A stretch of DNA of 64,000 bases, taken from positions 1 through 64,000 of IMG/VR virus record IMGVR_UViG_3300036790_000425; one strand, given 5' to 3'. Positions 9,685 through 19,323 of this stretch are shown here, piece after piece; positions within the stretch are counted from its first letter, which is position 1, and each line of letters begins with the position of its first letter. Under the pieces are notes generated by a model that saw only the letters and a program-made list of their open reading frames with translations, ran no database searches and was not told the DNA's origin. The position numbers and the translations under genes are program-made. The stretch is from a virus.

Positions 9685-9822
9685 ATGAGATTTGATCGTG
9701 CTGAGCTTGACCGCTATGAGGAGCTGGCAGTTCACGGCAGCTTCCGGGAGCGCCTCCGGGCCGCCGCCTGGGTATACGCATTCGTGTGGGTGACCATCGG
9801 CCGGAAGCTCGCCGGGCTCTAG
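9685..9822 (+). CDS. 45-aa hypothetical protein
   Basis: GAGG RBS; MRFDRAELDRYEELAVHG...; below the ORF-track cutoff. Confidence 0.45.
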   Translation: MRFDRAELDRYEELAVHGSFRERLRAAAWVYAFVWVTIGRKLAGL

Positions 9823-9823
9823 C

Positions 9824-10030
9824 TCAGCGGACAGCTGAGGGGAACGCGACCGACAGCCACACCCGGTAGGCCGCGTCGGCCTGCTCCTGGACCGCGTAGG
9901 CCTTCCCGTACAGCAGCCCGGCGGTGCCGTCGGTGCGGGCCACCCCGTTCTGCATCCGGAACTGCCGCCACAGCTCCCCGGCCTCCTGGGCCAGCGCGAA
10001 GTAGGCCTCCCAGGCGGCCTCAGCGTCCAC
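9824..10030 (-). CDS. Small helical protein
   Basis: GTG start overlapping the portal end. Confidence 0.55.
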   Translation of the reverse strand: MDAEAAWEAYFALAQEAGELWRQFRMQNGVARTDGTAGLLYGKAYAVQEQADAAYRVWLSVAFPSAVR

Positions 10031-12299
10031 CGGGGGCGACCTCGTAGTCCAGCAGCTCGGTGCTGTCGGCGGTGACGCCCAGGTGCCGCCGGATGCCGAC
10101 ATGCGCCGGGGTGTCGTAGGCGCGGATGACCGGGCCGGAGAACCAGGTGTTCTTGGTGTCAGCAGCCAGCCGCTGGGTCTCCGGCGCGTGGGCCTCGATC
10201 ACGAAGCCCTCGACGACGTCGGCGCTCTCGGCGGCGGCAGCGGCCTCCAGCCGGGCGGTGCGGTCGCCCTCCTCGCGGGCCTCGTCCACGGCGCGGGCCA
10301 GGCGGGCCTCGGACCGCACCCGGGCCGAGCGCCGGTACAGCGCGCCCTGGCGGGACATCAGCGGCTCGCGCCGGGCGGCGGCCACCGGCATGCCGTCGCG
10401 CTCCTCGTCGCTCTCCGGCGGCCTGCTCGCCATCTCGGCCTCCATGTCTCCCTCGGGATCGCCCTCAGGCGGCGCGTCGGGATCAGCCTCCGGGTCCTCG
10501 CCCGCCATCATGTCCTCAGGCGTGGGAGCCAGGTCCGGGAGGCTCGGCGGAACGACCCCGGCGCGCTCGATCATCACCTGCTCCTGGGCGATCGCGGGCG
10601 GCACGCCCTCCTGCTGGGCGAACGCGGCGAAGTCGGCCTGGAGGTCCTGCGGGACGGGCAGGCCCTCGGTCATCAGCTTCAGGTAGGCCATCCGGCGGGT
10701 CCGGGACTGGGCCAGGATGTCCTCCACGGCCTCGGCCTGGCTGCGCTCGCGCTCCTCGTCCAGGTCGAAGCCCAGCCCGCGGGTCCGGGTCCGGGCCGAG
10801 ATCGGGATGCCGCTGGCCCGCAGCGCCTCGGTGAACTGCCGGGTGGTGTCCTCGTCCCGGAAGTTGAGCACCGAGAACCGGAGGTCGGGGACCAGCAGCG
10901 CGGGCTGCTCGGTGATCCGCCGCTCGCCGGTCTCCTCGTCGATCTCCAGGACCTCCTCCATCTTCACGAACCGGCGGCCGTCGCGCTCCTCGTAGTCGTA
11001 GTGCTCCTGGGCCTCGGCCACGATCAGGGCGCGCTGCCGGAAGTGCCGCATCAGGTACTTCTGGTAGCGGGTCATGAGCTGCTCGACCAGCTGCTTGTTC
11101 AGCGCGTCGGCGGCGTAGGTCTGGCCTTCCTGGGCGCCCATCAGGAACGTCCGGGACAGCCCGAAGACCTGGAGCACCCGGTCCTCGATCCGCTCGAAGT
11201 CGGGAGTCAGGTCGGGCATGTTCTCGCGGCCGAAGACCGGCTGGATGTCCACCGCGAAGTTGTGGATCAGCGCCCGGAAGTCGCCCGCCAGCGCGGCATC
11301 GAGCGCCAGCTCGAAGTTCTCCAGGTCGTCATCGGTGGGGATCCACGGGACGCTGGTGCCCAGGTCGGTGGCGGAGGCGCCGAGCTTGCACAGGATCAGC
11401 GGCGTGTAGAGCCGGTCCGCGATCGAGTCCAGGGCGGTGTTCAGCATCTCCTGCTGGAGCATCGAGCGCATGGCCCGGGTAAGCAGCGGCAGGCCGCGGA
11501 GGCTGAAGGTGTCGCCCTTGAAGCGCAGCTGCTTCAGCAGCACGTTGCTGACGGGCATGTAGGCATTCTCGGCCGTGTAGGCGGCCAGCTCGGGATACTC
11601 CTGGACCAGCTTGGCGTACTCCCAGGCCGGCTGGCGGGTGGTCAGGATCTGCCGGATCGTCCAGGGCAGCCGGATGAAGTACCGGGGCTCCTTCAGGAAC
11701 GGGCTGCGCTCGACCTTGATGTCATCGGGGTTGAGCAGCTCCTCGTCATCCCAGACGCCCAGGTCCTCGTTGAACGTGGCGAACGGCCACGCCTCCCCGG
11801 CCGTGTAGTACTCCCGGCCGATGTCGATCATGAACTCCTCGTAGTCCAGGCCGTCCTCGTCGAAGAACAGCCCGGTGTAGAACTCCTCCAGCCGGGCGTC
11901 CTTGCATTCGAGGTGCGCGCCGACCACGGGAAACTTCGAGAAGATGTCCACGCACGAGCCCACGATGGGGTCGGTCTGGTAGAGCAGCCGGCAGAACGCC
12001 CGGACCTTGGCCAGCTCCTCGTTCTCGGAGAAGTCATAGGGCAGGTTGTTCTGCCGCCAGTAGAACAGCGGGTCCCGGGGGCGGCCGGTGGCGAACTGGA
12101 TGTCGGAGAAGCCGCCCCCGGCGCCGCCGTAGCCCGAGCCCGCGGTCCGCGACATCCGGGCCTGGCGGGCGTTCACCCGGCGGTTCTTGCGAGCCTCGGT
12201 GACCTCGGGGCTCATCTGGTCCTCGCGCAGCCCGCGGGCCCCGAGGCCGCGGGCGAGCATGGCGCGCTCCTGCCCGGCAGGCTTGTAGACAACCCTCAT
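10020..12299 (-). CDS. Portal protein (759 aa)
   Basis: RDPLFYWRQNNLPYD...CRLLYQTDPIVGSCVDIFSKFP, LRGLPLLTRAMR, LILCKLG resemble large-actinophage portals; same module as TerL. Confidence 0.8.
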   Translation of the reverse strand: MRVVYKPAGQERAMLARGLGARGLREDQMSPEVTEARKNRRVNARQARMSRTAGSGYGGAGGGFSDIQFATGRPRDPLFYWRQNNLPYDFSENEELAKVRAFCRLLYQTDPIVGSCVDIFSKFPVVGAHLECKDARLEEFYTGLFFDEDGLDYEEFMIDIGREYYTAGEAWPFATFNEDLGVWDDEELLNPDDIKVERSPFLKEPRYFIRLPWTIRQILTTRQPAWEYAKLVQEYPELAAYTAENAYMPVSNVLLKQLRFKGDTFSLRGLPLLTRAMRSMLQQEMLNTALDSIADRLYTPLILCKLGASATDLGTSVPWIPTDDDLENFELALDAALAGDFRALIHNFAVDIQPVFGRENMPDLTPDFERIEDRVLQVFGLSRTFLMGAQEGQTYAADALNKQLVEQLMTRYQKYLMRHFRQRALIVAEAQEHYDYEERDGRRFVKMEEVLEIDEETGERRITEQPALLVPDLRFSVLNFRDEDTTRQFTEALRASGIPISARTRTRGLGFDLDEERERSQAEAVEDILAQSRTRRMAYLKLMTEGLPVPQDLQADFAAFAQQEGVPPAIAQEQVMIERAGVVPPSLPDLAPTPEDMMAGEDPEADPDAPPEGDPEGDMEAEMASRPPESDEERDGMPVAAARREPLMSRQGALYRRSARVRSEARLARAVDEAREEGDRTARLEAAAAAESADVVEGFVIEAHAPETQRLAADTKNTWFSGPVIRAYDTPAHVGIRRHLGVTADSTELLDYEVAPGGR

Positions 12300-12538
12300 C
12301 CGGCGGCCTCCTGGCCGGCCTGGCGGTCCGCCAGCCACTGCTGCGGGTCGTTCACCAGGGCGATGGTCGCGCGGTTGCGGTTACCGGCGGGCACCAGCGC
12401 AGACCACTGCGTCATGAACTCCTGAACCGGGCCCAGGTGCTCCTCTCCGCTCTCGCCCCGGTCCCAGGGCCCGAACACCTCAGCGCGTGGCAGCCCGTTC
12501 TCGGTCCAGTGCAGCTCGACGATGACCAGGCCGCTCAC
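12296..12538 (-). CDS. Hypothetical protein
   Basis: Coupled on both sides. Confidence 0.6.
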   Translation of the reverse strand: MSGLVIVELHWTENGLPRAEVFGPWDRGESGEEHLGPVQEFMTQWSALVPAGNRNRATIALVNDPQQWLADRQAGQEAAG

Positions 12539-13200
12539 CGGCTGTCACCCGGGGCCTCGCTGTCCCAGAAGGCCCGGCGGGCGCCCTCGTCCAGCACGGC
12601 GGTCACCCGGTCGCCTGCCCGCAGCGCCGGGGCGTCCTCCCGGACGGCGGCGAGCACCTGCGGGTCATGGCCGGACAGCTGCACGGCGACATGCCGGGTG
12701 AACTGGTCCTCGTCCATCTCGGCGGTGCCGTCCAGGGAGCGGTAGGAGCCCTTCTTCTTGCTCTTGCCCTTCGGCGGCGGGGGCGGCCCCTCGTCCTCCT
12801 CCTCGTCCTCAGGAGGCCCTGAGCCGTCATCAGGAGGCAGCTCCTCATCGTCACCCCCGAACGGGTTCCCGCCGTCCTCAGCGTCCTCCTCAGCGCCGTC
12901 CGCAGGCGGGATCCCGGCCTCGGGAGGCAGCGCGCCGGGCGGCATGACGCCGCCGTCCGGGCCGATGTCGGAGGGAGCCCCGGGACCGGCCGGCGCCTGC
13001 GGCATGCCGGGGAAGGCGGGCTGCACCCGGACGATGTAATTCTGGCCGCAGAAGTCGCATTCGATAGTGCCGTCCGAGCGGCCGATGACCTGGCCGCTGC
13101 CGCAGAACGGGCAGTGACTGGTGATCAGCGGGTCACCGGGATCGTGGGCCAGGCGGATGCCGAGCCCGGGCTCCTGGGCCGCCGGGAACAGGTGCGTCAT
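12535..13200 (-). CDS. Zn-ribbon protein upstream of the portal
   Basis: CPFCGSG...CDFCG; GGAGG RBS. Confidence 0.75.
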   Translation of the reverse strand: MTHLFPAAQEPGLGIRLAHDPGDPLITSHCPFCGSGQVIGRSDGTIECDFCGQNYIVRVQPAFPGMPQAPAGPGAPSDIGPDGGVMPPGALPPEAGIPPADGAEEDAEDGGNPFGGDDEELPPDDGSGPPEDEEEDEGPPPPPKGKSKKKGSYRSLDGTAEMDEDQFTRHVAVQLSGHDPQVLAAVREDAPALRAGDRVTAVLDEGARRAFWDSEAPGDSR

Positions 13201-13212
13201 CGGTTTGCCTCC

Positions 13213-13437
13213 CTAACCCTTCCCCGGCCGGGGACCGAGCTGGTACCGGCCCGTGCCGTAGTGGCCGGCCCACTGCCAGGTCCGGATCTCGCCGCGGCGC
13301 TCCAGCCGGGCCAGGGCGGTTACCACGTGATCGCGGGACAGCCCGAGGGCATCCTGTACCTGGCGCCGGGTGAACTCGCCGCTGCCCAGCTCGCGCAGCC
13401 AGGCCAGCACGCTGGTCTCGCGGTCCTGTTCAGTCAC
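13213..13437 (-). CDS. Winged helix-turn-helix DNA-binding protein
   Basis: FTRRQVQDALGLSRDHVVTALARLERRGEI. Confidence 0.75.
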   Translation of the reverse strand: MTEQDRETSVLAWLRELGSGEFTRRQVQDALGLSRDHVVTALARLERRGEIRTWQWAGHYGTGRYQLGPRPGKG

Positions 13438-13464
13438 CGGGCCTCCATCCCTTCGGGGGCGCGC

Positions 13465-13493
13465 TGGGTAGATACAGGTTTTCTTGCTATCGT
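13465..13493 (+). promoter_or_regulatory. Promoter with 17-bp element (orientation A); leaderless start at GTG 13500
   Basis: Core 13473-13489; -10 TATCGT ends 6 nt before GTG. Confidence 0.75.
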
Positions 13494-13499
13494 TGACAG

Positions 13500-13736
13500 G
13501 TGGACATCTTCTTCACCCGCGAGGGATCGAAGCTCTACGCGGCCACGCCGCACGGCGAGCTGGCCTTCGGGGAGCAGAGCGGGCTGTATGAATGGCGGGA
13601 CCGCCAGCGGACCGACTACTGCGGCGGCGACCGCCAGCACTCCGGCGGCGGCGTGATGTGGCAGGCCGACGGGGGCGACGGCGGCCCGGCCCTGCGGGGC
13701 TTCGGGGCCGCGGTGTCCCGGGCGAGACTGAACTGA
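13500..13736 (+). CDS. Hypothetical protein (leaderless)
   Basis: Start 6 nt after the -10. Confidence 0.65.
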   Translation: MDIFFTREGSKLYAATPHGELAFGEQSGLYEWRDRQRTDYCGGDRQHSGGGVMWQADGGDGGPALRGFGAAVSRARLN

Positions 13737-13744
13737 GGAGCGAC

Positions 13745-14326
13745 ATGAGCACTGACAGCAGCAGGCCGCGCCGGCGGCGTGAGCACGAGCTGATGAGGGC
13801 CAGCGGGCACTACCCGGCCCAGGGCATGACCATCCTGGTGATCGCGAGCATCGCCGGCGGGAACATTACCTGGCACAAGGGCCTTCCCGGGCTGGCCGCC
13901 TCGGTCGGATTCGGTCTCGGGATCGCCTGGTTCATGATCTCGTCCTTCTCGCATGACCGGGGGCTGTGCGAGCGGTGCATCCGGGAGGCGCCCGGCGACC
14001 CGCAGCGCGCGGTCAGCCGGAGCATGCTCGTGCTGCGCTGGTGGCACCGCAACCGGGTACGCGCCGGGATCATCCTGGCCGGAGTCTCCTGGTTCGTGGT
14101 CGCCGGGCACCTGTGGACCCGGTCGCAGCCGGCCGGGTTCCTGGCCGGCGAGGCGCCCTGGGCCTGGTGGGTCGGCAATGCCGTGATGACCTGGATCGCC
14201 GTGGACGCCTGGGTCGCGCAGCGGCACCGCGCGCTGTCGCCCTGGTGCCCGCTGTGCCGCTGGGGCGGCCGGGGCGATGACGAGGAGGTCGCCGCTCCCA
14301 AGCCTGATCCCGCGATGTCGCGGTGA
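13745..14326 (+). CDS. 4-TM membrane protein with Cys pairs
   Basis: GAGGAG RBS; hydrophobic segments; LCERC, WCPLC. Confidence 0.7.
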   Translation: MSTDSSRPRRRREHELMRASGHYPAQGMTILVIASIAGGNITWHKGLPGLAASVGFGLGIAWFMISSFSHDRGLCERCIREAPGDPQRAVSRSMLVLRWWHRNRVRAGIILAGVSWFVVAGHLWTRSQPAGFLAGEAPWAWWVGNAVMTWIAVDAWVAQRHRALSPWCPLCRWGGRGDDEEVAAPKPDPAMSR

Positions 14327-14592
14327 GCGAGCGGCTGGGCACCCTGGTGGTCGGCGGCCGGGCCTACCCGATCACGTCCCTGGCCCTGGCACGCGGCCGG
14401 CTGGAGATGCGCGGCGAGCTGCCCGGCCCCTCGGAGGCGATCGAGGCCAGCCCGGTCGCGGTGTTCGGAGCCGACGGCCAGGGCGTGTGCCAGGGCGGCT
14501 CGCTGACGCTGCCGGCAGCCAGCAGGGACGAGACGGCGGAGGTAACGGTCTACCTCCAGGTGGACGCCATCCGGGACGGCGGCCCGGGCTAG
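14323..14592 (+). CDS. Hypothetical protein
   Basis: GTGA coupling. Confidence 0.6.
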   Translation: MSERLGTLVVGGRAYPITSLALARGRLEMRGELPGPSEAIEASPVAVFGADGQGVCQGGSLTLPAASRDETAEVTVYLQVDAIRDGGPG

Positions 14593-15002
14593 GACGGCAG
14601 GGTGACCGCCGGGATGTCAGCGGCGCTGATGATGATCAGCGGCTCGCCGGGGGCGGCACCGGACCAGGACACGCCCGTGACAGACGGGGGCAGGACCAGC
14701 CGGATCCGGGCGCCGTCGGCCAGGGCGGTGACCCACTCCGGCGGGGTCTCGCGGTACCAGCTGATGGCCTTGCAGCGGATGCCCGGCGTGCCGTCTGCCT
14801 TGCGGACCGGCCCGCTCACGGTGAGGTCCGGGACAGTAGTGCCGTCGCCCTCAGGCCGTCGCAGCGCGACCGTGATGGCCATAGGCCGGACCGTGACCTT
14901 AGTCCGGTAGCCGGTGATCATGTCCGGCCAGTCGTCTCCGGGCCCCCGGGCGATGATGAACGACCAGCGCTCGGTGTGCTGGAGGTCGGTGATCTCAGGC
15001 AT
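14589..15002 (-). CDS. Hypothetical protein
   Basis: GGGAGGG RBS, ATG 15002. Confidence 0.6.
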   Translation of the reverse strand: MPEITDLQHTERWSFIIARGPGDDWPDMITGYRTKVTVRPMAITVALRRPEGDGTTVPDLTVSGPVRKADGTPGIRCKAISWYRETPPEWVTALADGARIRLVLPPSVTGVSWSGAAPGEPLIIISAADIPAVTLPS

Positions 15003-15582
15003 CGGGCATTCCCTCCCAGGACTCATCCTCGATATAGCGGCGCACGTCATCCAGGTCCGGGCCGGCGTCCTGGCAGCCGGGCTCGGCAGCGCGCAGCAGC
15101 GCGTCAGCCATGCCGATGGCCAGCAGCGGGTCATGATCGTCGCGAAGCTGGCCCAGGGCGACGGTCAGCAGCTGCACGGCCAGCTTCCTGATCTCCGGGT
15201 CAGGCCCCGGCGGGCTGACGGGACGCAGGGCGGAGTCGTAGATGCGGGTCAGCCGGCCGGTGATGGCCGCCCGGTACTGCGGCCTGATCCAGCGGGTCAC
15301 GGCCTGGTCGATCCAGGCCTCGTCCTTCAGCATCACGGCGCGGGCCAGGTCCTCGCGCAGGGCATAGCGGGCATGCCCGTTGCCCAGCTTCATCTGCGGC
15401 GCCTCGGCATCGAACAGGCTCATGGCCAGGGTGACGCGGGGCAGCGTGACCGGCGGCATGGCGGCCCCTGCCCTGATGCTGGCCGGGGCGGAGTCCGGGA
15501 CCGGCTCGGGGCCTTCCGGGTCGGGGGTCACGGCCGTGCCCTGGCCGTAGGGCGTGGTGTCGTCAGGCGTCCAGGCGCTCAC
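14995..15582 (-). CDS. Hypothetical protein
   Basis: GAGG RBS, GTG 15582. Confidence 0.6.
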   Translation of the reverse strand: MSAWTPDDTTPYGQGTAVTPDPEGPEPVPDSAPASIRAGAAMPPVTLPRVTLAMSLFDAEAPQMKLGNGHARYALREDLARAVMLKDEAWIDQAVTRWIRPQYRAAITGRLTRIYDSALRPVSPPGPDPEIRKLAVQLLTVALGQLRDDHDPLLAIGMADALLRAAEPGCQDAGPDLDDVRRYIEDESWEGMPDA

Positions 15583-15598
15583 AGGCGGCCTCGCTCTC

Positions 15599-15859
15599 TC
15601 AGGTCGGGAACATGCCGGGGTGCTCGCGGGCAAGGGCCTGGACCATGACGGGACCGCCTGCCTGGTAGCCGCGCGATCCCATCTGCGGGATCACCCACTG
15701 GCCGGGCGAGGTGATCTCCCAGGCCGTCGTGCCCACGATCACCAGGGTGCCGGGCGCCGGCGGGGCGGGCACGGAGATCATGGATACGATTCTGCTGGTG
15801 CCCTCCTCGTAGATGGTCAGCTCGAACATGCAGCGCTGGCCGTAGTCGGGTGATCTCAT
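15599..15859 (-). CDS. Hypothetical protein
   Basis: TGATG coupling. Confidence 0.6.
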   Translation of the reverse strand: MRSPDYGQRCMFELTIYEEGTSRIVSMISVPAPPAPGTLVIVGTTAWEITSPGQWVIPQMGSRGYQAGGPVMVQALAREHPGMFPT

Positions 15860-16023
15860 CAGTGCGTCCTCGCCTGGTAGCGGTCCTGGGTCATGATCAC
15901 GCGGTGCACCTGGTCCAGGTGCTGGCGGCGCAGCCGGTCCAGGACCGCGAAGTTCTCCTCGGACGGGTCAGCCTGCACCGCGCGCACCGCCGCGTTCCAC
16001 TCGCGGGTCTCTTCGTCGGTCAT
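15859..16023 (-). CDS. 54-aa hypothetical protein
   Basis: MTDEETREWNAAVRAV...; coupled on both sides. Confidence 0.55.
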   Translation of the reverse strand: MTDEETREWNAAVRAVQADPSEENFAVLDRLRRQHLDQVHRVIMTQDRYQARTH

Positions 16024-16220
16024 CGCCTGGTCCTCCCCTGCTCGCCCCGGCGGCCGTTCGCCCGGCCGATGTGGTGCTTACGGCAGATCGCGCACTTATA
16101 GGGCCGGGGGTGCCCCTCCACCTTGAAGTCATCGCTTGCGTACCACGCCCGGATGCGCTTCGCTGCCGCTTCCTTCGAGGGGAACGCCTCCTTGCGGGCG
16201 CAGTTGGTGAACGGGTCCAT
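16020..16220 (-). CDS. Small Zn-finger protein
   Basis: CARKEAF...RPYKCAICRKHHIG. Confidence 0.65.
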   Translation of the reverse strand: MDPFTNCARKEAFPSKEAAAKRIRAWYASDDFKVEGHPRPYKCAICRKHHIGRANGRRGEQGRTRR

Positions 16221-16498
16221 CACAGGTCTCTCATCCTGCGAAAGGCGCGGGTGCGCAGGCGCCGTCGCAGCCGCGGCGGCTGCCACCACTCGCGACGGCA
16301 GGAGGCAGTGCAGAACCAGCGGCGCGGCCGGTCCAGGGTCTCGATCCCGGCGGCCCGGATCCGGGCGTAGGAGGCCCGGCAGGCCGCCATGTCGTCGTAG
16401 CAGGACCGGCAGTGCCCCCGGCAGCGGCACGAGGCGTCGTGCATCCCGTGCTCGCCGGGCCGGATGCCCCGGGCCCAGATGGTCTGCGGCGCGGCCAT
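16220..16498 (-). CDS. Cys-rich protein, paralog of 16927..17208
   Basis: HDASCRCRGHCRSC...FCTASC. Confidence 0.6.
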   Translation of the reverse strand: MAAPQTIWARGIRPGEHGMHDASCRCRGHCRSCYDDMAACRASYARIRAAGIETLDRPRRWFCTASCRREWWQPPRLRRRLRTRAFRRMRDL

Positions 16499-16779
16499 CA
16501 GATGCTCCGCAGGCGGATCTCGGCGATGACCTGGTCCCGGCGGGTGAAGTGCTTCTCGCCGTGGCGCGGGCGGCCGTACAGCAGCCAGGTGACCGAGGAG
16601 ACCTCGCCGGCGATGTTCATGAACATCCCGGCGCCGGCGCAGGCAGCGTCCTCAGCCGGGTCGCGCGGCGGGTGGAACAGGCTGTCGCCCCTGCCCGGCA
16701 GCGGCCCCTCGAAGTCCTCGATGCGGGCGATCAGGATGTCCCCCTCGCCGCTGACGTGCTGGCGTACCTCGACGATCAT
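16498..16779 (-). CDS. Hypothetical protein
   Basis: GAGGAG RBS, ATG 16779. Confidence 0.6.
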   Translation of the reverse strand: MIVEVRQHVSGEGDILIARIEDFEGPLPGRGDSLFHPPRDPAEDAACAGAGMFMNIAGEVSSVTWLLYGRPRHGEKHFTRRDQVIAEIRLRSI

Positions 16780-16792
16780 GACTGCTCCTCGG

Positions 16793-16930
16793 CTAGTGGC
16801 CGGTGACGCGGGCGACGGACGGGGTGAAGTGGGCCGGGGGCGGGGCACCGACGCTGACCCCGAGTGACATCCCCAGGGCGGCGCTGATGACGGCGGTCAG
16901 GGCGTACTGGCAGATGCGGCGGCGGATCAT
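16793..16930 (-). CDS. 45-aa signal-peptide-like protein
   Basis: MIRRRICQYALTAVISAALGMSLG...; ATGA coupling. Confidence 0.45.
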   Translation of the reverse strand: MIRRRICQYALTAVISAALGMSLGVSVGAPPPAHFTPSVARVTGH

Positions 16931-17208
16931 GGCTGGCTCCTTGTCGCGGCGGTGCAGTTAGCGGCCATGCGGCGGTCCAGCGCGCGGTCGCGCCTGGCCA
17001 CGCCCTTGCAGAACGGCGAGCAGTAGCGGGCCAGCGGGTGCAGGCGGGGGATGGTCAGGCGGCCGAGCGCAGCCAGCGCGTCCTGGTCAGCACGGACCGC
17101 GTCCAGGCCGGCCCGGCAGTTGCCGCAGTGGTGCTCGCAGCGGCAGGCCCCGGAGTGATAGCCGGCGGACGGATCGTCGAGCAGGAAGATCGCCGGGGGC
17201 TCACTCAT
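16927..17208 (-). CDS. Cys-rich protein, paralog of 16220..16498
   Basis: HSGACRCEHHCGNC...YCSPFC. Confidence 0.6.
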   Translation of the reverse strand: MSEPPAIFLLDDPSAGYHSGACRCEHHCGNCRAGLDAVRADQDALAALGRLTIPRLHPLARYCSPFCKGVARRDRALDRRMAANCTAATRSQP

Positions 17209-17410
17209 CGTCGTCAGCCCCGATCTCGGAGGCGCCCCAGGAGCAGACGTCGTTCACGGTGTCCTCGGCAATGTCGATGATCTTCTGGGCGCGCTCGGCC
17301 GGGGACAGCCCCTCCAGCTCGGCAGCGTCGATCTCGATCACCTCGTCGTAGTGGTCAATCGTCCAGGACGGCTCGATGGTGAGGCGGACCCGCACGGTGG
17401 CCTCGCTCAT
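17201..17410 (-). CDS. Small acidic protein
   Basis: Operon position and composition. Confidence 0.6.
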   Translation of the reverse strand: MSEATVRVRLTIEPSWTIDHYDEVIEIDAAELEGLSPAERAQKIIDIAEDTVNDVCSWGASEIGADDDE

Positions 17411-17413
17411 CAC

Positions 17414-17647
17414 TCAGCCCTCCCACATCAGGTCGCAGGCGGCCTGCGGGTCGTCATGGATCAGGCGGGCCAGCTCCTGGCTGGTGAGGCCCTTCGCCAT
17501 CGCGCCCTTCCACATCAGGCGAGGGCTGACGGCGCCGAGCAGGATCTGGGCGTTCCCGTCCAGAAGCCCGGCCATCAGCTCGGCATCGGTGCAGCGGCTG
17601 GCGCCGGTCTTGCGGCCGGAGGCCAGGGCCTCCTGATAGGCGCTCAT
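17414..17647 (-). CDS. Hypothetical protein
   Basis: ATGA coupling. Confidence 0.6.
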   Translation of the reverse strand: MSAYQEALASGRKTGASRCTDAELMAGLLDGNAQILLGAVSPRLMWKGAMAKGLTSQELARLIHDDPQAACDLMWEG

Positions 17648-18108
17648 GACGAGGCCACGGGCGGGTAGCAGGCTGAGCCGTGGATGTGCGACCCGGCGGC
17701 GGTGCACTCTGTCGGCTCCCGCTGGCCGGTCACAGGGGTAACCGGCACCTCGGTCAGCGAGTAGACCGCGTAGGTGGCGCGGCCGGGCAGCACGTCAGCA
17801 TCGGCGTTGCGGCGAGCCGCGACCTCGCGGGCGGTCTCCTCAGTAAGCGGGCGGCCCTCGTGATCGTAGGCACAGACATAGCCGTCGCGGGCATTCACGA
17901 CCATGTGAGTCGGCACGACCACGGGCGGGCGGGGCTGCCAGGTGCGGGCCCAGGCGCCCATGTCCTTCGAGCCCGAGGCGTAGAAGTCCTCCAGGAACTC
18001 ACCGACCAGGACCGAGGCCGCCTTGCTCTCCATCTGGCCGAAGCCGGGCCGCAGCTCCAGCAGCGCGGTGAACGCCACCGAGCGGTCGAGCGGGTTGCGC
18101 TGGGTCAT
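17644..18108 (-). CDS. Hypothetical protein
   Basis: GAGGAG RBS after the promoter. Confidence 0.65.
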   Translation of the reverse strand: MTQRNPLDRSVAFTALLELRPGFGQMESKAASVLVGEFLEDFYASGSKDMGAWARTWQPRPPVVVPTHMVVNARDGYVCAYDHEGRPLTEETAREVAARRNADADVLPGRATYAVYSLTEVPVTPVTGQREPTECTAAGSHIHGSACYPPVASS

Positions 18109-18143
18109 CGGGCTCTCCTCACGTCGCGTCCCTTGTAAGGTCC

Positions 18144-18172
18144 ACGATACAGGTTTTCTTGCTAATGTGCAA
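18144..18172 (-). promoter_or_regulatory. Promoter with 17-bp element (orientation B)
   Basis: TTGCAC-ATTAGCAAGAAAACCTG-TATCGT. Confidence 0.85.
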
Positions 18173-18577
18173 CTAGACGGCCGTGGCGTCATCCCGGCCG
18201 CAGCGGGCGCAGACCCGGACCGCGCTCAGCGCGAGGCAGCCGGAGAACTGGTGGCGCATGTCCAGGCCCGCGTCCAGCCACTGGTGCCGCCGCTGCTTCC
18301 TGGGCAGGTGCGTCAGCAGGCCGCAGGAGACCGTGTCACCGGGCGGCGGGATGAAGGCGCCCGGGTCCAGCCAGGGCACCAGTGCCTTAGCCAGCTGGCC
18401 GTCGAAGCGCGGCCCGGCCGCAGGGTCGAGCGCGTGATCGGCCATCCACCGCTGGTGCCGCCGGACAGCGTCCATGTCGCGCTCGGTGAAGCCCGAGTCC
18501 ACGTAGGCCCGGTAGGCCGCGCAGTCGTGCTGCTGCTGCCGCGTCCGCGGTCTCGCGGCTGGTTCCCTGACGGCCAC
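18173..18577 (-). CDS. Hypothetical protein
   Basis: Single gene between two motif promoters; GAGGAG RBS. Confidence 0.65.
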   Translation of the reverse strand: MAVREPAARPRTRQQQHDCAAYRAYVDSGFTERDMDAVRRHQRWMADHALDPAAGPRFDGQLAKALVPWLDPGAFIPPPGDTVSCGLLTHLPRKQRRHQWLDAGLDMRHQFSGCLALSAVRVCARCGRDDATAV

Positions 18578-18601
18578 GGGGTGCTCCTCTCCCTCGCGGT
18601 C

Positions 18602-18630
18602 AGAATACAGGGTTTCTTGCTAAGGTGCAA
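18602..18630 (-). promoter_or_regulatory. Promoter with 17-bp element (orientation B)
   Basis: TTGCAC-CTTAGCAAGAAACCCTG-TATTCT. Confidence 0.85.
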
Positions 18631-19203
18631 CTAGCCGGGGCCGCCGGCCTCCTGCCAGGCGCGGGACTGCCAGAGCATGGTGATCAGCGCCTCGCCGTAG
18701 CGGTGAGCCAGCTCGACGGCCTCGTCCACGGCCTCCGCGGGCATCAGGTCAGCGAGTGCGTCAGCCAGGTCCTCGCGGGTCTGGATGGTGCCCTCCGCGG
18801 TCGCCCGGGGAGTCTGCCCGGCGCCCGCGCAGGGCTCAGTCCGGCCGGGGGCGACCTTATGGGCGGAGAGCGTGCCGTCGCCGCGGACGACGGGCGACCG
18901 GCCGCAGATGTGGCAGCGGCGGCGGCGGTGCCCGGCCTTCATCCAGGGCAGCGGGGACCCGGCGCCGGGCTCGGGCCGGTAGCCGGCCAGCAGCGAGGAC
19001 ACCCGCAGGCGGCCGTCGGCGCGGCTGCGCGGGCCGGCCCGGCCGGTGTCCAGCACCCGGTAGCGCACGATGTCGCGGTGGTCGGGGGCCGCGGTGATCT
19101 CGATCCGCCGGCCCTGCATGGCGCCCTTGCCGGACCAGACCTGCCCGTGGCGGACGGAGTGCTCACTCACAGCTGCCGCCGCGGCGGTGATCTCGCCCGG
19201 CAT
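18631..19203 (-). CDS. Hypothetical protein with Zn ribbon (CHIC..H..C)
   Basis: ORF track and motif. Confidence 0.6.
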   Translation of the reverse strand: MPGEITAAAAAVSEHSVRHGQVWSGKGAMQGRRIEITAAPDHRDIVRYRVLDTGRAGPRSRADGRLRVSSLLAGYRPEPGAGSPLPWMKAGHRRRRCHICGRSPVVRGDGTLSAHKVAPGRTEPCAGAGQTPRATAEGTIQTREDLADALADLMPAEAVDEAVELAHRYGEALITMLWQSRAWQEAGGPG

Positions 19204-19323
19204 CGCAGTCCGGGCACGTCTTCCGCCTGCCCCGGGACGGCACCCGGGGCTGGTCCCAGGGCTTCCCCGAGCCGGGGCAGGACGGGATGTCCTCGACCCG
19301 CAGCTGGCTGGCCGGGACGCCGG

